From a virus (taxonomy: Duplodnaviria > Caudoviricetes): DNA of 49,985 bases. The DNA lies in the IMG/VR virus record IMGVR_UViG_3300022909_001078, positions 1-49,985 of that record, one strand, 5' to 3'. The notes below the pieces were generated by a model, which did not search any database, was not told the origin of the DNA, and saw only the letters and a program-made list of their open reading frames with translations. The position numbers were made by a program, and so were the translations under genes. Positions 10,319-19,337 of this stretch are shown one piece after another; position 1 is the stretch's first letter, and each line of letters opens with the position of its first letter.

Positions 10319-11173
10319 ATGAAAATATCTTACTTTCCAAATAATCTTCCTGGTAATGCTAACGAAGTTTACCCTCAAGTACTAGATGCTATAAAAGAAA
10401 CAGATACACTTGTAGAACAAGACATGAATGCTGATGCTGCTCTTATATGGAGTGTGTTATGGTATGGACGTATGGCTGGTAATAAACGTGTCTGGGAACA
10501 TTATAGGTCACAAAATAAACCTGTTATAGTAATAGAAGTAGGCGGTCTTGTACGTAATAAGACTTGGAAGTTAGGCATAAATGGAATAAACCGAGATGCA
10601 TACTTTGCAGTAGATGAATATATGCCCGATGATAGATTACATAAATTTGGCATTATACTTCAACCATGGAAGCAAGATGGAGATTATGTATTAATATGTG
10701 GACAACATGGTCATAGTCAACAATGGGTTGACATGCCTGATATGGATACATACTACAAGAACACTATAACACAAGTTAGAAAGTATACAGATAAACCTAT
10801 AGTTGTACGTAGTCATCCTCGCTTTAGAGAAAGTTTACACTGGTCATGTGATACAGAATGGTATAAACAACAAGGTGTAACTTGGAATATACCAAAACAT
10901 ATACAACAGACGTACGACAGTTTTGATTTGGAACATATGTTGAACCATACATATTTTACAGTCAGCCATAGCAGTAATGCAGGAATAAGTAGTGTAATAC
11001 AAGGAGTGCCTGCAGTAGTTAGTAAACACAGTTTAGCATATGATGTAGGGACTGAAATGGGAACATGGCTTAGTAAACCTGACAGAAATAATTGGTTAAA
11101 TCGTATGAGTTATACTGAATGGTTTGCTGACGAAATAGATATCCAATGGAGAAGATTGCGTGATCGTATTTGA
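10319..11173 (+). CDS. KpsS/KpsC-like putative glycosyltransferase, paralogue 4
   Basis: VLICGQ, IVVRSHP, SHSSNAGISSVIQGVP and WLNRMSYTEW motifs. Confidence 0.55.
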   Translation: MKISYFPNNLPGNANEVYPQVLDAIKETDTLVEQDMNADAALIWSVLWYGRMAGNKRVWEHYRSQNKPVIVIEVGGLVRNKTWKLGINGINRDAYFAVDEYMPDDRLHKFGIILQPWKQDGDYVLICGQHGHSQQWVDMPDMDTYYKNTITQVRKYTDKPIVVRSHPRFRESLHWSCDTEWYKQQGVTWNIPKHIQQTYDSFDLEHMLNHTYFTVSHSSNAGISSVIQGVPAVVSKHSLAYDVGTEMGTWLSKPDRNNWLNRMSYTEWFADEIDIQWRRLRDRI

Positions 11174-12593
11174 GAAAGAAATGAGTGATTACTATAATCA
11201 ACCGTTTCAAGACATGTATAACGACCTGTTATCTATTAAAAAAGAAGAATACCAATACGACGATAAGATTATTATTACTGCAAATAAAAAAACAGATAAA
11301 AGTATTTGGAAACATTTCTATAAAATTATTAGTGAATTAGATATTCCTACATTTTTTATATATGTTTATAGCAACGACATAGAAGTAAAAACTTATATGG
11401 AGGAGTTATGTGATGATGTAATAAATTTTACTATGACAGGACCAATAACTAAATTTAATAGAGAGGAAACATTTTGTATATACCCATTTACACAATTAGA
11501 AGTTGATCCTTCAGGAACAATAAGTCCATGTTGTATGATGGATCCAAACAAATTACATACATGGCCAAATATTAATAATACAACCTTAGAACAGGCATTT
11601 TATAGTAAACCATTTAAAAGGTTAAGACAAGATTTCAGACAGGGAAAAATGCCTAGTGTTTGTAATAATTGTTGGAAACAAGAAAAAGTTAATATCCCTA
11701 GTTTAAGACAACGAGGTATAATTGACTTTAGTAAAGATTATTGTACTACAGATATTTTTAAAAGCCCGAAAATAAAAAACTTAGATATAAAACTTGGTAT
11801 AAGTTGTAATTTAAAATGTAGAATATGTAATAGACAAAATAGTAGTCTATGGTATACAGAGGATAGAAAATATGAAACAGTTCAAAATATACGTGAATTA
11901 GATTATACTATAGATATCAAGAATAACTTCTGGACAGAAAAAATTAAAACATTTAATGATTTAAATTATATTACATTTAAAGGAGGAGAACCTTTACTTG
12001 ATACCAAACATTTAAAAATTTTACAATCCCTTATAGATGATAAAAGAACAAATATTAAAATACATTACAATACTAATGGAACAATTTTCCCTGATATCCA
12101 TTTAAAGTTTCTATCTATGTTTGATAATGTTCAATTTTCATTAAGTATAGATAACTTATACAAAAAATTTGAGTATGAAAGACATGGCGTTGATTGGGAT
12201 ATAGTAAAAAATAACTTGGAAAAATTTTCTAAACTTGATAGAAGTAAGTTTACAATTGACTTTCATACTACTACAAGTGTTTTTAATGTATTAGATCTAA
12301 CCACTATACATGAGTACGCTGAAAATTTAGGTTTTAATATTGAATATAGCCATGTGTACTCTCCTCAATATTTTAGTTTAGATAATATACCAATTACTAA
12401 AAGACAAAAAGTTATAGATTACCTTAAGTCAAGTCCATATAAAAAGATTCGTGACATAGTAAATGTTTTTACAAATCATTATAAAGATCTTAATACAGAA
12501 TTTTGGGATAGAGTAAAAGAAATAGACAGTCGTAGAAATCAAAACTTTACAAGTACCTATCCAAAAATTGCAGAAATTATGTATGTAAATTAA
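11160..12593 (+). CDS. Radical SAM/SPASM protein with extra N-terminal domain
   Basis: FCIYPF..PCC..CNNC, CNLKCRIC, GGEPLL, YNTNG and SIDN. Confidence 0.85.
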   Translation: MIVFEKEMSDYYNQPFQDMYNDLLSIKKEEYQYDDKIIITANKKTDKSIWKHFYKIISELDIPTFFIYVYSNDIEVKTYMEELCDDVINFTMTGPITKFNREETFCIYPFTQLEVDPSGTISPCCMMDPNKLHTWPNINNTTLEQAFYSKPFKRLRQDFRQGKMPSVCNNCWKQEKVNIPSLRQRGIIDFSKDYCTTDIFKSPKIKNLDIKLGISCNLKCRICNRQNSSLWYTEDRKYETVQNIRELDYTIDIKNNFWTEKIKTFNDLNYITFKGGEPLLDTKHLKILQSLIDDKRTNIKIHYNTNGTIFPDIHLKFLSMFDNVQFSLSIDNLYKKFEYERHGVDWDIVKNNLEKFSKLDRSKFTIDFHTTTSVFNVLDLTTIHEYAENLGFNIEYSHVYSPQYFSLDNIPITKRQKVIDYLKSSPYKKIRDIVNVFTNHYKDLNTEFWDRVKEIDSRRNQNFTSTYPKIAEIMYVN

Positions 12594-12599
12594 TAAATA
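12594..12599 (+). promoter_or_regulatory. Late promoter core driving the riboswitch transcript
   Basis: AATAAATA; the 5-nt spacing seen elsewhere puts +1 at 12605, one base before riboswitch P1. Confidence 0.6.
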
Positions 12600-12604
12600 T
12601 ATAT

Positions 12605-12650
12605 ACGTTCACCCGTAAGGGCGGAAGTAAGCAATCGCTGAAGGAACGCA
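12605..12650 (+). ncRNA. Glutamine riboswitch, class I (glnA RNA motif)
   Basis: P1 CGTTC/GAACG (12606-10/12644-48), P2 CCC-GTAA-GGG, junction CGGAAGTA, P3 AGC-AATC-GCT, then GAAG. Matches the glnA-motif three-way junction with E-loop. Confidence 0.85.
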
Positions 12651-12679
12651 CCTTAACTATTAACTAGGGAGGGTGACTA

Positions 12680-12784
12680 ATGACTTACAGACCATTTTCA
12701 TGGAAAAGGTTTTGCAAGGCACGTGACCGTGCTAGAGTTCGTAAATTCATGAACTTTCGCATGTTATCAATGCGTACTGCCTAG
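12680..12784 (+). CDS. Small basic peptide (34 aa) downstream of the glutamine riboswitch
   Basis: SD GGAGG 7 nt upstream; MTYRPFSWKRFCKARDRARVRKFMNFRMLSMRTA*; stop shares CTAG with the convergent gene. Confidence 0.7.
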   Translation: MTYRPFSWKRFCKARDRARVRKFMNFRMLSMRTA

Positions 12785-13593
12785 CTTTGCTTGATAGGAT
12801 CCCAGCGACGTATATCGTCCTCGGATAATAACTCGCTGGGGCCTTTCCAAATTTCTACAATATGTGCAGGATAATCAGAATCATTTACACCTCGGTGCCA
12901 TACGCCACTAGGTATGTCTATAGGATTTTGTACTGACAAAGTGTATACTGCTGGATCTACTGGCATCTGTCTGTTGCTTATATACAATTTAGCAGTTCCT
13001 GAAACCAAATTCCAAGTTTCACTCCTATGTTCATGTTTTTGCATAGACAACTTACTGTGTGGATTTATAACTAATTCTTTTACACGAAACCCATCGCCAT
13101 TATATAAATTACGATAGTAACCCCAATCACGGTTTACTTTAGGTGCAGACCAATCTTTTAATATCCAACTACTACTATTTGCTTTGTCGAATCCACCGAC
13201 ACCATATTCAAACTGAATACGTTTGTCCGTTTTCCAAGCATCATATTCAGGACAGTTGCCTTGTGTTCTGTCACCACCATTTGCAAATATTAATTTTGTA
13301 AAGTTAAACTGTGTGACTACATTAAGTATTGCACCATTTGCAGTATCGTCATTGTCATCAAAACTAATACATCTATCCACACAACTAAGTTCTTGTACTA
13401 TTTTACTACGTTCTTTATAAGGCATAAAAGGTTTGCCTTTTTTACGTTGTAACCAAGCATCACTGTTTACACCAACAATTAGTTTGCCTCCGTAACTTGC
13501 TAATTGTTTTGCAGCTTTGAAATAAGCGATATGTCCACTATGAAGAGGATCGAAACCTCCTGTAACAAGAACCAGGGTTGTCAAGTGTGCCAC
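12781..13593 (-). CDS. Cytidylyltransferase-like domain fused to mannose-6-P isomerase-type cupin
   Basis: TGGFDPLHSGH (HxGH), FANGGDR, SSSWIL, then WGYY..LSMQKHEHRSETW..WHR. Confidence 0.85.
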   Translation of the reverse strand: MAHLTTLVLVTGGFDPLHSGHIAYFKAAKQLASYGGKLIVGVNSDAWLQRKKGKPFMPYKERSKIVQELSCVDRCISFDDNDDTANGAILNVVTQFNFTKLIFANGGDRTQGNCPEYDAWKTDKRIQFEYGVGGFDKANSSSWILKDWSAPKVNRDWGYYRNLYNGDGFRVKELVINPHSKLSMQKHEHRSETWNLVSGTAKLYISNRQMPVDPAVYTLSVQNPIDIPSGVWHRGVNDSDYPAHIVEIWKGPSELLSEDDIRRWDPIKQS

Positions 13594-14351
13594 CTATAAT
13601 CATATACTGTACCGTCTAACCACTTAGTTACTAAGCCTTGGTCAGATAAAATTCCATTACCAAGTATTACTTCTTTCATATTTTCGTTAAGTATGTCCAT
13701 GTCTACCATTTCATACCAAGTCGTATTGTAAGGCAAAGGTTCACGTTCTTTGTAAGTTAAAACTTGTATTAAGTCTGTATACTTTTCTTTTTGTAAGTAA
13801 AAATCTTTTACGTCAAAACCATTTAGTGCTAGTAGATATAATATTTGACTTGCAGTAAATGTGTTATAATTTTGTCCTGGTGTATAATTTTGAAATCTGT
13901 TTTGATATACACTTACAGTTGAAGGCACACACAAATATAACATACTGCCTGTAGACATAGCACGATTGACACGCCCTAGAAATTCTACTGGACTGTATAT
14001 GTGTTGCATAAGATTATGACACCACACAACATCAAACGGTACACTCCAAATAATATTATCTTTATTAAAGTCGTGATTTTTATATTTTATATTTTTTCTA
14101 CTAGGAGTATTATTTTCTGCATCTAAATCAAATCCTACACAATTAAAATTTAATTTAGGCCCTGGCTCACCGTCTTCGGTCCATTCGTGCATATTTGCCC
14201 AGAATTCTAAATCTAATCCTTTGCCGCACCCAAAGTCAGCCATATGCTTAATACTAAGTTTAAAGTCATCAAATTGATCTAGTAAATTCAATGTAAGAAG
14301 ACTATGATTATGACTTGCTTGATTGTCCCATTTGGCAACTTCTCTAGTCAA
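13581..14351 (-). CDS. Class I SAM-dependent methyltransferase
   Basis: ADFGCGKG and FDVVWCHNLMQH motifs. Confidence 0.8.
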   Translation of the reverse strand: MTREVAKWDNQASHNHSLLTLNLLDQFDDFKLSIKHMADFGCGKGLDLEFWANMHEWTEDGEPGPKLNFNCVGFDLDAENNTPSRKNIKYKNHDFNKDNIIWSVPFDVVWCHNLMQHIYSPVEFLGRVNRAMSTGSMLYLCVPSTVSVYQNRFQNYTPGQNYNTFTASQILYLLALNGFDVKDFYLQKEKYTDLIQVLTYKEREPLPYNTTWYEMVDMDILNENMKEVILGNGILSDQGLVTKWLDGTVYDYRWHT

Positions 14352-14805
14352 TTCTTATGTCTTCCATACCTGCAGTACGTAGTCTTACTACATGGCCCAT
14401 TTGCCATTGTTTAGTATCTAAGCCTTTCATTATACCTAGCCAACGGTTTCTGAGCAATGCAACTTCGTTGATAATAGTTTCAAAGTCAATAACTTCGTCT
14501 TCACCGTCAACGTATTTTTCTGCATCACGGCTTGTTAATGCACGGGCATATCCTTCTAAATATTTTTGGAAATGTTTACGTCGTATTTTACGTAACTGTA
14601 TGTTAAGGTAGTTTAGTACTGCTTCTATTTCTTGTAATTGATTAAATCTATGTTCTGTAATACCGGGCAATGCAGTAATATTTTTTTCTACAATGCCTTT
14701 TACATTGCATTCACGTTTTGCTTCTTCCAGTTCGCTTTCATAAAAATTTATGAAACCTGGAATTTCGGCAATGTTATTTACAACTCTGTTGTACCACTGG
14801 CTCAA
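14344..14805 (-). CDS. uvsY: Recombination mediator UvsY
   Basis: KYLEGYARALTSRDAEKYVDGE..KGLDTKQWQ..VRLRTAGMED; downstream of uvsX. Confidence 0.8.
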   Translation of the reverse strand: MSQWYNRVVNNIAEIPGFINFYESELEEAKRECNVKGIVEKNITALPGITEHRFNQLQEIEAVLNYLNIQLRKIRRKHFQKYLEGYARALTSRDAEKYVDGEDEVIDFETIINEVALLRNRWLGIMKGLDTKQWQMGHVVRLRTAGMEDIRID

Positions 14806-15020
14806 TACAAATCCTCTTCCTCAAAATCTTCTTCTACTTCGCCAACAATTTCTTCCACACTGCTTTTCATATATTCATCTAACCCGCCTAATTTGATTAG
14901 ATCTTCTTCATCTAATATTTCTTGCAAATCATCTACTAAGTGATCAGTAGCATTTTGCATTTCTTTAGCAGGTATATATTGTTTTAATATTTCATATACT
15001 AATTTAATTGGTGCTTCCAT
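14802..15020 (-). CDS. Small acidic hypothetical protein
   Basis: Coupled ORF between uvsX and uvsY with a Glu-rich C-terminus. Confidence 0.6.
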   Translation of the reverse strand: MEAPIKLVYEILKQYIPAKEMQNATDHLVDDLQEILDEEDLIKLGGLDEYMKSSVEEIVGEVEEDFEEEDLY

Positions 15021-16128
15021 TCTCTTCCTCTATTGCTTTATATTCTGATAATGGCGTAGATAATGTATTTTCTTCTATGTATTCTTTCGCCTCTGATATA
15101 TCGTCTATACTTAGTCCATCTTGTGCAGAAACATCCTGCATAACTGCTTCTAGTTTATCGCCGGTCCAACCTTTACGAAACTCTAACATTTCTACACCTG
15201 CAGTCGTTGTATACTTTAAACGGTTGCCTTGCTTTGTAAGTAATCCTTTTGCTTCAAACAAGTCTAGTAATCCGCTATAAGGATCCATGCCTGTTTCATA
15301 TGGAATCTTTACTTGCACTCCTTCAAATGGTTTTGCATAACGAGTTTTCATAACTTTACAAGCTGCTCTTATACCATTTACAGTTGTGGTTTTATTGCCA
15401 TCTATATCTTCTTTGAGTTTTAATTTTCTCATAGCAATAACAATACTACTTGCATATATAAACCCTTGTCCACCTGATATCTTATCATCAGGGTCAAACA
15501 TATCTTGCGATGCATATGTATGGTTAGTACATACCATACCTACATTATAACTACCAATCATGTTTACTGTATTACGTACAAGTGCAGTAAGTGCCTTAGG
15601 CTTTCTACCCATATCACCTTTCATATTACCTGCATCAAATTGATCTACATCTGTAGGAGTTAGTAACATTCCCAAACTATCAATTACAAATAATACCTTA
15701 GGTCTTTCTTCGTCTGGCATTGCTTTATAATCTTTCATAAATGTGCTAAGTGTTTTTGCTACATCATCAATCATACTCATACTAAGTTTTAATAATTTAC
15801 TTTCTTCTGTATCTACACCAAGTGCCTGTAACCAACTTTCGTCTAATGCATTTTCACTATCTATTAATACAACAAATATACCTTGCTCTTGTGCATTCCT
15901 TATAATATTTCCACTTGCAAAGTAACTTTTGCCTGCACCTGATTCACCTGCAAATACAGTCACCTTTCCCATAGGAACACCTTTATGGAAATCTCCACTT
16001 ACTAAATAATTTAATGCATAGCTTCCTGTACTAATCCAATCTGTAGGATCGTGAAATCCTATGCTTAGTCCATCTATACTTTTTGTTATATCTTTTCTAA
16101 ATTTACTTACGTCAAAAGGTTTGCCCAT
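15004..16128 (-). CDS. uvsX: RecA-like recombinase UvsX
   Basis: Walker A GESGAGKS, VLIDSE, VIDSLG, TNHTY and SGG; SD GGAG. Confidence 0.92.
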   Translation of the reverse strand: MGKPFDVSKFRKDITKSIDGLSIGFHDPTDWISTGSYALNYLVSGDFHKGVPMGKVTVFAGESGAGKSYFASGNIIRNAQEQGIFVVLIDSENALDESWLQALGVDTEESKLLKLSMSMIDDVAKTLSTFMKDYKAMPDEERPKVLFVIDSLGMLLTPTDVDQFDAGNMKGDMGRKPKALTALVRNTVNMIGSYNVGMVCTNHTYASQDMFDPDDKISGGQGFIYASSIVIAMRKLKLKEDIDGNKTTTVNGIRAACKVMKTRYAKPFEGVQVKIPYETGMDPYSGLLDLFEAKGLLTKQGNRLKYTTTAGVEMLEFRKGWTGDKLEAVMQDVSAQDGLSIDDISEAKEYIEENTLSTPLSEYKAIEEENGSTN

Positions 16129-16155
16129 GTTTATCTCCTGTGTGCCTATTCTTTT

Positions 16156-16184
16156 ACTATACTATATATCTGTTATATTGTCAA
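16156..16184 (-). promoter_or_regulatory. Sigma70-type promoter for uvsX
   Basis: TTGACA-N17-TATAGT on the minus strand, overlapping the 3' end of the upstream gene. Confidence 0.65.
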
Positions 16185-17130
16185 ACTGTTTCATGAGTTT
16201 TAGGTAGTCTTTGCTAAAATAATGGTTATAGTTATATTCTAATATATCTTTTTGTGTGTAATACAAATCTTGTAAATCATTCATATTGAGGATACTGAAT
16301 TTTGAAATCGTCTCAAATATTTTTATAAGTCGTTTTACTGGATTTTCAATTTTATCAAAACTATAATCAAATAAATCATTATGTAGTTTAAATCCAAGAT
16401 TTTTTTCATAAAAATTATACCAACCAGGTTGTCCAAACATTAAAAATATTCCACGTGTTACTATACTATTAAACGCCTTTTCAGACATAAATGGATTATA
16501 ACTTTCACTTAATGTTTCTCCTATTAAGTTTAAAAAACTTTGGCTAATTTTAGATTCAAATGCTTGTAAGTTTTTATGATGTCCTAAATATAAATCTTGT
16601 CCCTCTATCAAATTTTCTGCAAAAACAAACTTTTTTCTGTTAAACGTTTCATCACATCTAAAAAATTTGTTGTACAGTTCTTCCTCTTTGTTATTATTAA
16701 GAAGATTCATTACAATGCCGCCTAGTGTATCATTATCTGTAATCCAATTTTTTGTACAATATTCTTTTGTAAAGAATCCATAATTATACAAAAGAGCCAC
16801 TAAAAGTTGTCTAGAGATGTGTGGTGATAAATTAAAAGAACAGAGAAAGTTTTTTATATTTCCTGTGCCTCTGTATCTATATTCACTGAGATGATTTAGT
16901 AGTTTATCACAACCATCGGCACTAAATCTAAAGTCTAAATTTGGATAATTAGCCTTTACTTCATCACGAATAATTGTGTCTAGAATAACTGTGTGTTGAC
17001 CTTTTAATTTATCAAAAAATACATTTCTATAATTTTGATTTACGCCATAAAAATGATCTACTACATAAATTGTTTTTGAGAGTGAGTCTGGATCACCAAA
17101 CTCACTCCAAAGTGGTTTTATCTGTTGCAT
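16162..17130 (-). CDS. Hypothetical protein with GT10-like C-terminal motif
   Basis: LIGET..FMSEKAFNSI..FLMFGQPG..GFK..LFDYSFD; AT-rich, lies between gp32 and uvsX. Confidence 0.45.
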   Translation of the reverse strand: MQQIKPLWSEFGDPDSLSKTIYVVDHFYGVNQNYRNVFFDKLKGQHTVILDTIIRDEVKANYPNLDFRFSADGCDKLLNHLSEYRYRGTGNIKNFLCSFNLSPHISRQLLVALLYNYGFFTKEYCTKNWITDNDTLGGIVMNLLNNNKEEELYNKFFRCDETFNRKKFVFAENLIEGQDLYLGHHKNLQAFESKISQSFLNLIGETLSESYNPFMSEKAFNSIVTRGIFLMFGQPGWYNFYEKNLGFKLHNDLFDYSFDKIENPVKRLIKIFETISKFSILNMNDLQDLYYTQKDILEYNYNHYFSKDYLKLMKQFDNITDI

Positions 17131-17146
17131 TTACAATATAAATGTA

Positions 17147-18184
17147 TTAGGATTGTCTATTACGGATCATTGCTAAAATGTCTTCAGCTCTTTTGCTTTC
17201 ACCGCCTGTTGCTGGTGCCTCAGGTACTGCCACAGTTTCTGTCTGTGGAGCAGGAGTAGGAGTAGGTGTTGCACCCATCTCCTCTGGTGTTGCTACTGGA
17301 GCAGGAGCCACTGTTTCTGCAACTGGAGTTGCCGGAGCAGGTGTTGGTGTTGTAGTTGCTGGAGCAGTTGACGTACTTGAGGTTGAGGAACCTGCTGGAG
17401 CATCTAAACCATATGGACGATAATATTGTCCCCATCTTTCGTTATCATAGGGTTGTCCATCTACACTTGCTTCGAACATTTCTTTAATGCACTGCAATTC
17501 TACTTCTGTAGGTTTTTTAGGAAGAAAATCAGATAGTGTATTAAGACCATAGGTGTTAATAGCTGCTAACTGTGCTTCAGATAGTGCAGTTTCTTTACGA
17601 GCCCACTTACTTGTACTGTAATCTGCATACTGTCCTTTTGTAGTTTTAGTAATACGGAAATCTAAGCCAGCATTGTAATCTGTGGGCATCTCCTGTATAT
17701 CTGGATCCATAAGTGCATCTTTAATTAAGTTAAAGATACTAGGTGAGATTGCAAATCTACGTATTGGATTCTCTGGTGAATCTTCTTGTAACGGGTTTTC
17801 ATTTACAAACCCTTGAAAGATATAACTACGTTTCTTCCAATACTTTCTACCCATGTCCTCAAGACTTGAATCTTTAAACCAACCACGCACTTCTGTAAGT
17901 ATTGGACAAGTTTCACCAAACATTTCAACACATGGTACTTGTACTACTATAGGCTTGCTATTCATATCATTCTTTACACCAGTAAATGGTAAACGAATCA
18001 TAAGCCTTTCAGCCCAGAAAAATGTGTTGTTAGGATCACCATCAGGTAAAAATCTAACTGCTGCAGTTGATCCTTCTGGTATATTCCAATGTGGGTAAAT
18101 TGCGTTGTCGCCGCCGCCGGTACGCTCACTGCGTGATTCTTGAGATTTTAGTTTTGCTCTAATTTCTGCCAAAGATGTTGCCAT
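17147..18184 (-). CDS. 32: Single-stranded DNA-binding protein (gp32-like)
   Basis: VRFLPDG, CVEMFGETCPIL, YWKKRSY and YADYSTSKW, with a Pro/Ala/Thr linker. Start at 18184 after SD AAGGAG. Confidence 0.85.
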   Translation of the reverse strand: MATSLAEIRAKLKSQESRSERTGGGDNAIYPHWNIPEGSTAAVRFLPDGDPNNTFFWAERLMIRLPFTGVKNDMNSKPIVVQVPCVEMFGETCPILTEVRGWFKDSSLEDMGRKYWKKRSYIFQGFVNENPLQEDSPENPIRRFAISPSIFNLIKDALMDPDIQEMPTDYNAGLDFRITKTTKGQYADYSTSKWARKETALSEAQLAAINTYGLNTLSDFLPKKPTEVELQCIKEMFEASVDGQPYDNERWGQYYRPYGLDAPAGSSTSSTSTAPATTTPTPAPATPVAETVAPAPVATPEEMGATPTPTPAPQTETVAVPEAPATGGESKRAEDILAMIRNRQS

Positions 18185-18242
18185 TATTTTTCTCCTTAAA
18201 TGTGCCTGTTCATTAGCCTTGTATGTGCCTATACACATACTA

Positions 18243-18280
18243 TATTTACATAGTATATGCGTTTTTATTTATCATGTCAA
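18243..18280 (-). promoter_or_regulatory. Composite gp32 promoter: sigma70-type plus two late cores
   Basis: TTGACA(18280-75)-N17-TATACT(18257-52); TAAATA at 18266-71 and 18243-48. Confidence 0.65.
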
Positions 18281-18287
18281 GATGTTT

Positions 18288-19319
18288 TTATGTAAAAAGT
18301 ACAGAAGTTTTTGCATCCATTTTCTTTTTATCTACAATAGAAATTTTTTCTGCCTCACTAGATTCTGGACAAAATTTACACTGCTCTATAGGATTTTTTA
18401 TATTTTTTATGAATTTATCAAATTTATGTTCTGATTCATCTGCTACTAAGGGCTTATATCTTTCTAAAATTTTGTAATCTTCTTCATTTATTGCAACATG
18501 TTCTTGTGTTATTGCTTCCTTTAATGTATATGGTAAATGACATTTGTACAATTTTCCATCTATAAAATGATGACAGTATTTCGATATACATGCCTTATGG
18601 GCAGTACCTATATCGCTTTTGGTATCAACATAAAATTTATCGTGTGATACTTTTACAGCAGATTTAGAAAAATTCCATGCCTGACCTAAGATTGCGTATA
18701 AAGCATTGTTTACTGTATACTCTATACGTTTATTTTTATGTTTGTAACGGTATAAATCTATGCCAAGGTCATCTAGTTCACTCATTAACCATGGTAACTT
18801 TTCTACAATATTAATATCAGGTGGTTGATCCGGCCAATCTTCACCTTTAAATTTTTCGTAATCTGTGTTCCATGATGTTTTATTTGAAATTATCTTTGTA
18901 TCACAATTACCTAAAAACTCTTTAATATTATTATGTAACTTATCAAAATAGTTCTCGTCATGACATGAAACGTCAAGTTGTAATCTTCCATTATGTTTTA
19001 TTAAAAGATTGTATAACTTGTCATCCTGTCGCCTACTTCCATTAGTGGTGACTTTTACTCTAGCATTAGGCCATAAAGATAATATGCCTTCTATCCAATA
19101 GTAAATATCAGGATTTAAAAATGGCTCACCGCCTAGAATTTGTATGTCTTCTATATCTAATCTTTGAGCAAATTTTTTGTATTCATCTTTACAATCTGCC
19201 CATTTTTGAAAGCCCTTAAGGTTTAAATTATTAAAGGAGCGACAATTAGTACAGGCATAGTTACAAACATTTGTTATATAAAACTCTGCATAATCTATTT
19301 TATGTTTATTGCTAGTCAT
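18288..19319 (-). CDS. Radical SAM protein
   Basis: CNYACTNC, GGEPFL, TTNG, C..C..GKLYKC and terminal CKFC. Start placed at 19319 (TAAATA-N5-ATG) because the longer start lies inside a terminator. Confidence 0.85.
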   Translation of the reverse strand: MTSNKHKIDYAEFYITNVCNYACTNCRSFNNLNLKGFQKWADCKDEYKKFAQRLDIEDIQILGGEPFLNPDIYYWIEGILSLWPNARVKVTTNGSRRQDDKLYNLLIKHNGRLQLDVSCHDENYFDKLHNNIKEFLGNCDTKIISNKTSWNTDYEKFKGEDWPDQPPDINIVEKLPWLMSELDDLGIDLYRYKHKNKRIEYTVNNALYAILGQAWNFSKSAVKVSHDKFYVDTKSDIGTAHKACISKYCHHFIDGKLYKCHLPYTLKEAITQEHVAINEEDYKILERYKPLVADESEHKFDKFIKNIKNPIEQCKFCPESSEAEKISIVDKKKMDAKTSVLFT

Positions 19320-19337
19320 GCTTCTATTTATGGCTAT

